From positions 2,656,001 to 2,720,000 of the forward strand of contig OZ245002.1 in the NCBI GenBank assembly GCA_965223415.1: a DNA stretch of 64,000 nucleotides. Direction: 5' to 3'. The position numbers were made by a program, and so were the translations under genes. Position 1 is the stretch's first letter. Each line of letters begins with the position of its first letter. The notes under the pieces were generated by a model, which ran no database searches, was not told where the DNA came from, and worked only from the letters and a program-made list of their open reading frames with translations. This DNA comes from Myxococcota bacterium (GTDB lineage: Bacteria; Myxococcota_A; UBA9160; UBA6930). Below are positions 10,428 to 18,270 of the stretch, one piece after another.

Positions 10428-11513
10428 ATGAACCCGGACTTGAGCGAGACCCAGGAGCTCCTCCGGAGCACGATGCGCCAGTACCTGGAGAACGAGATCC
10501 CCTTCGACCGGGTGCGCGAGCACGAGGAGAAGCGCGTCGCCGATGCCAAGCTGTGGCAGGGCCTGGCCGGCCAGGGCTGGCTCGGCATTCCGCTTCCCGA
10601 GGCCCTGGGCGGCGGAGAGCTCGGCCTGCTCGAGACGGGCCTCTTCGTGCACGAGCTGGCGCGCCGCGCTGCCGTGGTGCCCGCGGCGGAGGTGATGACG
10701 ACGGCGGTCGTGCTGGCGCGCCACGGCGACGGCGACGAGAGCGAGCTCCTGCGGGCCATCGTCGACGGCAACGCCGTCGTGGTGCCGGCCGTGCTGGAGG
10801 CGGACGACGACTTCGAGAGCCTGCACACCGCCGTGGATGCGGGCGGCGCGCTCACGGGCACGAAAGACTTCGTCGACTATCCGGACTTCGCGACCCACCA
10901 CCTGGTCGCTGCTCGGGGCCGGGAGGGCGCCGGCCTGTACCTGGTGGAGCGGAGTGCCGACGGCGTCGCGACCGAGGCCCACGACGGTACTGGCCGCACG
11001 CCCCAGGGCCGCGTGCGCTACGAGGGCGTCCCGGCCCGGCGGGTGGCGGGAGAGGCGGCCATCGACGCGCTCGTCCAGCTCGCCCGGGCGCTGACCTCCG
11101 CCCAGATCCTGGCGTGCATGGAGGTCTCCCTCGAACAGACCGTCGCCTACACGAACGTGCGCGTGCAGTTCAACCAGCCCCTGGCCGCCTTCCAGGCGGT
11201 GCAGCACCACGCGGCGAACATGGCGATGCACGTCGAGAGCAGCCGGTTCCTCGTCTACGAGCTGCTCGACGCCCTCGAGAGGGGCAACGCGACTCCCCAC
11301 GACGTGGCGGTGGTGAAGGCCTCGGTCTCCCGGGCGGTGCCGGAGGTGACGATGCTGGGCCACCAGCTCCACGGGGGCCAGGGTCTGATCGAGGAGAACG
11401 ACCTCTACTTCTTCACGATCCGCGGCAAGGACCGGGCCCTGGCCTGGGGCAGCGCCGAGGAATGCCTCGAGCTGGTCGCCCGCGAGGTCGAGAGCTCGCC
11501 ACGCTGGCTGTAG
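10428..11513 (+). CDS. Acyl-CoA dehydrogenase, degenerate partner subunit
   Basis: GTKDFV, RVQFNQPLAAFQAVQH and QLHGGQG motifs. Lacks the SEPxxGSD motif. Confidence 0.88.
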   Translation: MNPDLSETQELLRSTMRQYLENEIPFDRVREHEEKRVADAKLWQGLAGQGWLGIPLPEALGGGELGLLETGLFVHELARRAAVVPAAEVMTTAVVLARHGDGDESELLRAIVDGNAVVVPAVLEADDDFESLHTAVDAGGALTGTKDFVDYPDFATHHLVAARGREGAGLYLVERSADGVATEAHDGTGRTPQGRVRYEGVPARRVAGEAAIDALVQLARALTSAQILACMEVSLEQTVAYTNVRVQFNQPLAAFQAVQHHAANMAMHVESSRFLVYELLDALERGNATPHDVAVVKASVSRAVPEVTMLGHQLHGGQGLIEENDLYFFTIRGKDRALAWGSAEECLELVAREVESSPRWL

Positions 11514-12724
11514 GCGAGCTCCACCGGGTCGAGTTCTACCTCGGCGATCCCCACGCGACCTACCGGGAGCTGCGGCGGGAGGCGCCGGTTTATTGGCACG
11601 AGCTTCCGGACGGGACGGGCATGTGGATGCTCTCCCGCTGGGAGGACATCCGCAGCGTCTCGCGACAGCCGGCCCTCTTCTCGACGGCCCACGGCGTGCT
11701 CCTGAACGATCGCCTGCCGAGGGCGGGCACGAAACAGGCGGCGCGCTACGCGCCAAAGAACGAGTCGATCATCCACCTCGACCCTCCCCGCCACGGGCAG
11801 GTGCGCAAGCTCGTGCGAGAGGCCTTCACGGCACGGAGAGTGGCGGCTCTCGAGCCTTGGATGCGCGAGATGTGCCGCGAGCAGCTGGCAGCGCTGCCGC
11901 GGGGCGAGCCGGTGGACCTGGTGGCGGAGATCGCGGCGCCGATCCCTGCGATGACGATCGCGCGCATCCTCGGGGTGCCGCGGGAGCGCTGGCGCCACTG
12001 GCAGGAGTGCGCGAACGCGATGATCGAGGTGGCCGCCGGGGATCCGGAAGCCACCACGCCGCCGCCGGCGACCATGGCGAAGCTCGGCGAGCTGGCCGTC
12101 ACCTTGAAGAAGCTGGTGGAGGAGCGCCGGCGAGCGCCCGAGGACGATCTGCTCACCGCCCTCCTTCAGGTCGAACGCGCCGGCCTGCGCTTCGACGACG
12201 GCGACGTGCTGATGATGGCGCTGACGCTGCTCGGCGCGGGCAACGAGACGACGCGCACCCTCGTGGCCGGGGCCTGCCTGGCACTCCACGAGCACCCGGA
12301 GCAGTGGCGCCGGCTCGCGGCGGATCCGCGCCTCGTGCCCGACGCCGTCGAGGAGTTCCTGCGCTTCGTGACGCCGGTCCACAGCCACGCCCGCACGGCC
12401 ATGGAGGATTGCGTGATCCGCGGCCAGCCCATCCGCCAGGGCGACTACCTGGTGATGCTCTACGCCGCCGGCAACCGGGACGAGGAGGTCTGGACGGAGC
12501 CGGACCGCTTCGACGTGAGCCGCCCCGCCCGCTCGAACCCCCACCTCTCCTTTGGCCACGGCGAACACTTCTGCCTGGGCGCGAGCCTCGCCCGCCTCGA
12601 AGCCCGCGTCGTCTTCGAAGAGCTGCTCCGAGCCTTCTCCCGTTTCGAGCTCGCCGCCCCACCCCGCAAGCTCCGTTCGACCCACATCAACGGAATCGAA
12701 GAGATGCCCGTCCTGTTAAGTTAG
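11504..12724 (+). CDS. Cytochrome P450 (start uncertain: CTG 11504 or ATG 11462)
   Basis: DPPRH, AGNETT, EEFLR (ExxR) and FGHGEHFCLG heme motif. Confidence 0.92.
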   Translation: MAVGELHRVEFYLGDPHATYRELRREAPVYWHELPDGTGMWMLSRWEDIRSVSRQPALFSTAHGVLLNDRLPRAGTKQAARYAPKNESIIHLDPPRHGQVRKLVREAFTARRVAALEPWMREMCREQLAALPRGEPVDLVAEIAAPIPAMTIARILGVPRERWRHWQECANAMIEVAAGDPEATTPPPATMAKLGELAVTLKKLVEERRRAPEDDLLTALLQVERAGLRFDDGDVLMMALTLLGAGNETTRTLVAGACLALHEHPEQWRRLAADPRLVPDAVEEFLRFVTPVHSHARTAMEDCVIRGQPIRQGDYLVMLYAAGNRDEEVWTEPDRFDVSRPARSNPHLSFGHGEHFCLGASLARLEARVVFEELLRAFSRFELAAPPRKLRSTHINGIEEMPVLLS

Positions 12725-12749
12725 GGGCCGGTTCCATTTGTTAAGTTGT
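12712..12749 (-). repeat. 38-bp dispersed repeat, copy A
   Basis: Reverse complement is acaacttaacaaatggaaccggcccctaacttaacagg, matching 15819-15856 and 57573-57608. Confidence 0.85.
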
Positions 12750-13660
12750 TAGAGCTTGCTCTGGAGGTAGTCGAGGGTGCGCCGGTCGGCGCCCTCGTCG
12801 ACGGGGACGATGGCGGCGTCGAAGTCGGTGACGCCGATGTCGCGGAGGCGGGCGAGGGCCGCGTCCAGCGTGGCCTCGTCGCCGACGAGGGCGACGTCGG
12901 CCGGGCTGGCCGCCCCCTCCTTGTCGAGCATCGCGCGGTACGAGGGCAGCGTGCCGTACATCGCCAGGTTCTGGGCCACCCAGGCGCGTGCGCCGTCGGG
13001 ATCGTCGGTCAGCGCGATGGGCAGGCCAGCGACGATGCGCGGCGCGCCCCGCCCCGCTTCGCTGGCCGCGGCGCGCAGTTTCGGACCGATGTGGCTCTCG
13101 ATCGTCGCCGGACCGGTCATCCAGAGGATCGTCCCGTCGGTGTAGGTGCCCGCGAGCTTCAACATGACGTCGCCGAGCGCCGCGATCAGGACCGGCGTGC
13201 TCGTCGCGCCGGGCACCTGCAGGCCGGCGTTCACCCGGTAGTGCTCGCCCTCGAACTTCGCGGGCTCGCCCCGAAGCAGCGGCGTGAGCACCTCCAGGTA
13301 TTCGCGCATGTTGCGCGCCGGCTTGTCGTAGGAGAAGCCGAACATGTCCTCGATCACGATCTTGTGGGAGAGACCGATGCCGAGGGTGAAGCGCCCGCCG
13401 CAGGCGGCCTGGGTGGTGAGGGTCTGCTGGGCGATGGCGACCGGATGGCGCGGGAAGGTCGGCACGACGGCGGTGCCGAGCTCGATGCGATCGGTCTCGC
13501 GGCCCACGATGGCGAGGGCGCCGATGGCGTCCAGGCCGAAGATGTTCGCCATCCAGACCGTGGCGAAGCCGCGGCTCTCCAGGTCCTTCGCCCGGGCAAC
13601 CAGACCGTCGAGGGTTCCGTCCGGGCCAGCGGTCGCTCCCGCCATGATGCCGATGCGCAT
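12749..13660 (-). CDS. LLM-class F420-dependent oxidoreductase (MSMEG_4879-like)
   Basis: IELGTAVVPTFPRHP, GRFTLGIGLSH, AALG and YGTLPSYRAML motifs. GGAGG SD 6 nt before the ATG at 13660. Confidence 0.88.
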   Translation of the reverse strand: MRIGIMAGATAGPDGTLDGLVARAKDLESRGFATVWMANIFGLDAIGALAIVGRETDRIELGTAVVPTFPRHPVAIAQQTLTTQAACGGRFTLGIGLSHKIVIEDMFGFSYDKPARNMREYLEVLTPLLRGEPAKFEGEHYRVNAGLQVPGATSTPVLIAALGDVMLKLAGTYTDGTILWMTGPATIESHIGPKLRAAASEAGRGAPRIVAGLPIALTDDPDGARAWVAQNLAMYGTLPSYRAMLDKEGAASPADVALVGDEATLDAALARLRDIGVTDFDAAIVPVDEGADRRTLDYLQSKL

Positions 13661-13710
13661 GCTCATCCTCCGCGCCCGGAAGGTCGGGCGCGGCCATGGT
13701 GCCACAGTTC

Positions 13711-13780
13711 AGAAACGGGGCCGGAGTGAAGAATTCAGTTCCCTCCGGGGAACTGAATTCTTCACTCCGGCCCCGTTTCT
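13711..13780. repeat. Perfect inverted repeat (33-bp arms, 4-nt loop), REPIN-like
   Basis: agaaacggggccggagtgaagaattcagttccc-tccg-gggaactgaattcttcactccggccccgtttct. Abuts the stop of 13781-14563. Confidence 0.9.
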
Positions 13781-14563
13781 TCAGTCGAGGAAGGTGAGGA
13801 GGGCCTCGGCGACGGCGGTGGGCTGCTCGTAGGGGGCCATGTGCGCAGCGCCGTCGATCTCGGCGAGCTGGGCCTGGGGGACGAGCTCCTGCCAGCGCTT
13901 GGCGTAGACCGGCGGCACCAGCTCGTCCTGGCGGCCCCAGACGAGGAGCGTCTCGGCGCGGAGGCGGTAGAGACGCTTCGAGAGCCGGCGATTCGGAATG
14001 GGGAAGAGGATCTTCCCGGCAGTCCCCATGCGGCGGGCGTTGCCGATCATGAAGTCCGTCAGCGCCCCGTCGTCGGAGAAGTCGAGGCCCGCGGTGAGCA
14101 CCTTCTGCCCCTCCGCCGGGTTGGCAAAGAGGAGCGCGGGAAGCTCGAAGGGCGTGACCGCGAAGAGGTCCGGAATCGGATGATCGTCGAGCCACAGGCC
14201 CACCGGCGCGATCAGGCCGAGCTTCGCCACGGCGGCGTTGTCCAGGCTCGCCATCTCCGCTGCGATCATGCCACCCATGGAGTGGCCCACCAGGTGCGGC
14301 CGTTCCAGGCCCAGCGCCTCGGCCACGTCCCAGCCGTGGAGCGCGAAGTCGAGCATGTCCTCCAGCAGCTCTTCGCCTTCCTCCTCGCCGTACCCGGGCC
14401 AGACCGGAGCGAAGACGTGGAAGCGGCCGGCCAGGGCGTCGAGCAGCGGCTCCTCAGGAAGCAGGCCGCCCGCACCGTGGAGGTAGAGGAGCGGCTCGCC
14501 CTCCCCGGCCTCCCGCACGCGGAACCGGATGCCCCGGCGGGTCTCGAGGACTCGCTCGCTCAC
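13781..14563 (-). CDS. Alpha/beta-fold hydrolase
   Basis: LHGAGG, GHSMGG nucleophile elbow, WGRQD and AAHMAPYEQP. GTGA overlap with the upstream gene. Confidence 0.9.
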   Translation of the reverse strand: MSERVLETRRGIRFRVREAGEGEPLLYLHGAGGLLPEEPLLDALAGRFHVFAPVWPGYGEEEGEELLEDMLDFALHGWDVAEALGLERPHLVGHSMGGMIAAEMASLDNAAVAKLGLIAPVGLWLDDHPIPDLFAVTPFELPALLFANPAEGQKVLTAGLDFSDDGALTDFMIGNARRMGTAGKILFPIPNRRLSKRLYRLRAETLLVWGRQDELVPPVYAKRWQELVPQAQLAEIDGAAHMAPYEQPTAVAEALLTFLD

Positions 14564-15789
14564 TGCACCGCCTCCGGCCGCACGCGCCGCTCGTAGGGCT
14601 TGATCCACCAGCGGTCGTCGTCCTTCCAGTCGGGCCAGAGGTCGCGCAGCTGCGGCATCACCCGTTCGGCGAAGAGCTGGCTCGAGCGACGGGTCTTCCA
14701 ATCGGGCATGTCGCCCATGTGGAACAGGCCGAAGACGTGGCCGATGCGCAGGCTCTTGATCATGTGCTCGCAGCGCTCGCGCACGGTGTCCGGGCTGCCA
14801 GCGATGATGTAGCCGCCCTCCACCAGGTCCTTCCACGTGAGCTCCGAGAAGACCTTCTGGGCCTCCGCCCGGAGCTGGTTCAGCTTGCCGGCCTTGATCG
14901 TCTTGAGCGTGCGGTAGCCCGGCGGATCCGAGAAGCCCGGATGGACGTGGAGGCATCGGTTGTAGAAGTAGAGCATGTGCTCCGCGTAGAGCTCTTCGGC
15001 CTCCTGGTCCGTCTCGGCCACGCAGATGATCTGGGCGAAGGACGCGCGGTTCGGCGATTCGTCCCTGCCCATCGCCGCGACGCGCTCCCAGTAGCCGTCG
15101 AGCAGGATCTGGCCGGCCTTGTATCCGCCGAAGGAGAGGTAGGAGTAGTTGTAGTCCTGCTCCACGCACCAGTCCCAGGTCTCGATCGAGCCGCCGCCGG
15201 GAATGTAGATCGGCGGGTGCGGCTTCTGGATCGGCTTGGGCCAGCAGTTCACCCAGCGGAGCTGGTTGTACTTGCCGTCGAATGCGAAGGGCTCGTCCTC
15301 GGCCCAGGCCTTCATGATGAGGTCGTGGGCCTCGTAGTACTTGTCCCGGGTGAGGGCGGGGATCTGGCCATAGCAGAAGTTCGTGTCCATCGGCGTGCCG
15401 ACCGGGAAGCCGGCCACGAGACGCCCGCCGCTGATGACGTCGAGCATGGCGAACTCCTCGGCCACGCGGATCGGCGGGTTGTAGAGCGCGATCGAGTTGC
15501 CGATCACGCAGATCGCCGCCCGGGAGGTCCGCCGGGCCAGGCTCGCCGCGATGATGTTCGGCGAGGGCATCAGCCCGTAGCCGTTCTGGTGGTGCTCGTT
15601 CACGCCGATCCCGTCGAAGCCCAGGGAATCGGCGTACTCGAGCTGGTCCATGTACGCGTGGTAGACCCGGTTGCCCTCCTCCGGGTCGAAGAGCGAGCTC
15701 GGGATGTCCACCCAGACCGAGCGGTGCTTCTCCCGGAACGCGTCCGGCAGATGGGGCCAGGGCATCAGGTTGAACCAGGTGAACCTCAT
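14560..15789 (-). CDS. LLM-class flavin-dependent monooxygenase
   Basis: GFDGIGVNEHH, PIRVAEEFAMLDVISGGRL and PKPIQKPHPPI motifs. GGAGG SD before the ATG at 15789. Confidence 0.9.
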   Translation of the reverse strand: MRFTWFNLMPWPHLPDAFREKHRSVWVDIPSSLFDPEEGNRVYHAYMDQLEYADSLGFDGIGVNEHHQNGYGLMPSPNIIAASLARRTSRAAICVIGNSIALYNPPIRVAEEFAMLDVISGGRLVAGFPVGTPMDTNFCYGQIPALTRDKYYEAHDLIMKAWAEDEPFAFDGKYNQLRWVNCWPKPIQKPHPPIYIPGGGSIETWDWCVEQDYNYSYLSFGGYKAGQILLDGYWERVAAMGRDESPNRASFAQIICVAETDQEAEELYAEHMLYFYNRCLHVHPGFSDPPGYRTLKTIKAGKLNQLRAEAQKVFSELTWKDLVEGGYIIAGSPDTVRERCEHMIKSLRIGHVFGLFHMGDMPDWKTRRSSQLFAERVMPQLRDLWPDWKDDDRWWIKPYERRVRPEAVQ

Positions 15790-15818
15790 CGCGACCTCCG
15801 TGCTCCCCCGAGCATGGC

Positions 15819-15856
15819 ACAACGCAACAAACGGAACCGGCCCCTAACGCAACAGG
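15819..15856 (+). repeat. 38-bp dispersed repeat, copy B
   Basis: acaacgcaacaaacggaaccggcccctaacgcaacagg. Confidence 0.85.
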
Positions 15857-15870
15857 CGCCTCGCGCGTCG

Positions 15871-16818
15871 TCAGCTGTAGAACTGGCGGGTCCACTTGCG
15901 GAATTGGGCGAGGTAGGTGTCGGCTTCGCAGAGGACGGGCTGGGCGCGGTGGACCTTGTTGGTCCAGATGTCCATGTCGTCGAAGACGCCCTTGGTGAGG
16001 TTCTTCATGAACTCCTCGCCGGCCACGTCGACCATGTTGTTGGTCGCAGTCAGCAGCCAGCGGGAGTGGGTGTTGCCGCGGTCGATGGGCGTGGTGGAGG
16101 AGTACATCAGGAGGCCCGCGTTCGGGATGCCGACGGAGCTGACCGCCGAGAGGCCGATCCCCCAGGAATCGCGGACCAGCGACATCTGGAAGGTGCCCAT
16201 CGGCGTCACCTGCTCCGAGTGGCTCGAGATGCGGTAGTAGCGGCCGTCCTCGGCGAACTCGATCTCCTGGGGCGGCGTCTCCAGCATGCCGTGCACGTAC
16301 TGGAAATGAACCGGGTCGTTGTTGTTCTCGTGCATGTCCTGCACGTGAACGGGGACCTCGATGTCGAAGGTGCGCGGCTCCGACCAGTCGGGATGTCCGA
16401 TCTCCGGCTGGCCGGGGAAATCCCACTCCGGCGGCTTGCCCTCGACGTGGTGCCACACGAAGACCATCCCGTTCTTCTCCTGGACCGGCCAGGGCGTGAC
16501 GCGTGCCTTCTTGGGGATGCGTTCGCAGTAGGGGATCGACGTGCAGTCGCCCGTGCTCCCGTCGAACTGCCAGCCGTGGAAAGGACATCGCACGGTGTCA
16601 CCCATCACCCGCCCGCCGAAACCGAGGTGCGCGCCCAGGTGGGGACAGAAGGCGTCGAGCACCTTCGCCTCGCCGGAGCGACCGCGGAACAGCACGAGAT
16701 CCTGTTCGAAATAGTGAAGCGGCAGGACGTCGCCGACATGGATGTCACGACTGAAGGCGACCGCGAACCAACCATTGGGGATGCCGGGTGCGACGTGTTC
16801 TTCCTCTCGATGAGCCAT
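15871..16818 (-). CDS. Rieske [2Fe-2S] oxygenase, KshA/Neverland-like
   Basis: PNGWF, CPHLGAHL...CPFHGW, ENNNDPVHFQYVH and DMDIWTNK motifs. Confidence 0.85.
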   Translation of the reverse strand: MAHREEEHVAPGIPNGWFAVAFSRDIHVGDVLPLHYFEQDLVLFRGRSGEAKVLDAFCPHLGAHLGFGGRVMGDTVRCPFHGWQFDGSTGDCTSIPYCERIPKKARVTPWPVQEKNGMVFVWHHVEGKPPEWDFPGQPEIGHPDWSEPRTFDIEVPVHVQDMHENNNDPVHFQYVHGMLETPPQEIEFAEDGRYYRISSHSEQVTPMGTFQMSLVRDSWGIGLSAVSSVGIPNAGLLMYSSTTPIDRGNTHSRWLLTATNNMVDVAGEEFMKNLTKGVFDDMDIWTNKVHRAQPVLCEADTYLAQFRKWTRQFYS

Positions 16819-16821
16819 GGA

Positions 16822-17433
16822 TCATTCCTCTCCTGTGGGACGCAGGACGCGCGCGAGGAGCTCCACCTGGGCATGGGCCCGTTCGCGGAGCGGGTAGTCC
16901 TCGAGGTGCGCCCAGTTGAACATCAGGGCGTAGTAGGAGCCGAGCACCAGCTCGGTCAGCGCCTGCAGGCCGTGCCGACCGCGCACGGCGCTGGCCACGC
17001 CGTCGGCCAGCAGTGTGCGGAAGGCGCCCTGCAGCCGACGTGCGTCGTCGGGCTGGGCCGCCTCGTGGGAGACGTGCAGGATCTCGGTCAGGAACTCCCG
17101 CTGCATCGGCCCGGCCTGCTCCGCGTGCTCGGCCGCCTGCTCGTAGAAGAAGTGCAGGCGGTCCACCGCGTCACCGGGTTGCTTGCGGGCCTCCTCGAGC
17201 TGGGCGAGGAGCACGCCGAGGGACTCCCGGGCGACCTCCCGGAGCACGTCCTGCTTCGACGGGAAGTGGTTGAAGAAGGTCTTGTGGGCGATGTCCGCCC
17301 GCTCGCAGATGTCCGCCACCTTGGTGGCATGGAAGCCCTGCTCGGCGAAGAGCGCCGCCGCCTCCTCCAGGATGCGCCCACGCAGGGCGAGCTTGCGGCG
17401 CTCGCGGCGGCTCAGATCGGCGGGCTCGGCCAT
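16822..17433 (-). CDS. TetR/AcrR family regulator
   Basis: ILEEAAALFAEQGFHATKVADICERADIAHKTFFNHFPSK helix-turn-helix. Confidence 0.93.
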   Translation of the reverse strand: MAEPADLSRRERRKLALRGRILEEAAALFAEQGFHATKVADICERADIAHKTFFNHFPSKQDVLREVARESLGVLLAQLEEARKQPGDAVDRLHFFYEQAAEHAEQAGPMQREFLTEILHVSHEAAQPDDARRLQGAFRTLLADGVASAVRGRHGLQALTELVLGSYYALMFNWAHLEDYPLRERAHAQVELLARVLRPTGEE

Positions 17434-17440
17434 GCGGGCC

Positions 17441-17488
17441 AGGATAGGCCCAACTTACACTGGATTGCAAACGTATATTGAGCTGTAA
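17441..17488 (-). promoter_or_regulatory. Putative leaderless promoter with two tandem TTACA-N6-TGTAA-like operators
   Basis: Minus strand TTGCAA-18nt-TATCCT-7nt-ATG. Imperfect palindromes at 17455-17470 and 17473-17488 in an AT-rich patch. Confidence 0.55.
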
Positions 17489-17490
17489 GA

Positions 17491-18237
17491 TCAGATTTCG
17501 ACGCCGTAGCGACGCACCCTGTACCAGGCCGGCGGCAGGAAGGCCAGGTAGGCGGCCCCGCTGCTGACCAGGCCGAAGACAGCGCTGGAGAGGTGGGCGA
17601 CGGGGCTCTCGGAGGGCGAGATGCCCTGGAAGAGCGGGACGGCGAAGCCGACGAGCAGGAGCAGGGTGGAGCCGCCGAAGATGGCCCAGAGGCGCAGCCG
17701 GTCCACGCCTTCTGCATCCGCCAGGCCCAGGGCGAGCCGCCGGCGGCCCATGCTCCACTGGAGGGTGCCCTCGAGGGCGATCCAGCCGAAGCAGGCGAAG
17801 CAGACCAGCTGCAGGGCCACCCCCCAGCCGAAGCTCACGGCGAAGGAGGGCTGCTCCGGGGGAGCGGTGGCCAGGACCCAGGGCTGGCCGACCGAGCAGG
17901 CTGCCAGGGCGATCCAGGCCGAGATGACCACGTTGCGCGCCCAGCCCACCCCCGAGCGGAAGACGCGACAGGTGAACAGGAAGAAGGCGGCGATGCCGGC
18001 GTTCGTGAAGGCCGTCCCCACCACGAAGAGAGGCAGGTTCACCTCGCCCACCGGAACCATGCCGACCCGCGACGCGATCGTCGCCGGATAGCCGAGCAGC
18101 CCGATCCAGGTGAAGCCGACGGCGCAGAGCAGCTGCTCGCGGTTGCCGGTGCGCCAGGCCCGCACCATCAGGCGCAGCCCCACGAGCGAGCAGATCCCGA
18201 TGAAGAGCACCATGGAGACGGCCGAAAGCACCTGCAC
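17491..18237 (-). CDS. Hypothetical multi-pass (~7 TM) membrane protein
   Basis: About seven hydrophobic segments ending in FLPPAWY. No family recognised. Confidence 0.75.
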   Translation of the reverse strand: MQVLSAVSMVLFIGICSLVGLRLMVRAWRTGNREQLLCAVGFTWIGLLGYPATIASRVGMVPVGEVNLPLFVVGTAFTNAGIAAFFLFTCRVFRSGVGWARNVVISAWIALAACSVGQPWVLATAPPEQPSFAVSFGWGVALQLVCFACFGWIALEGTLQWSMGRRRLALGLADAEGVDRLRLWAIFGGSTLLLLVGFAVPLFQGISPSESPVAHLSSAVFGLVSSGAAYLAFLPPAWYRVRRYGVEI

Positions 18238-18270
18238 GAGGGGCTTCTTCGGATCGGCGCCGTGGGGCCT

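Noticed and set aside
11593..11608. TGGCAC sigma-54-like sites at ~11594 and ~33578
   Set aside because: No correctly spaced TTGC -12 element. The first also lies inside a CDS.
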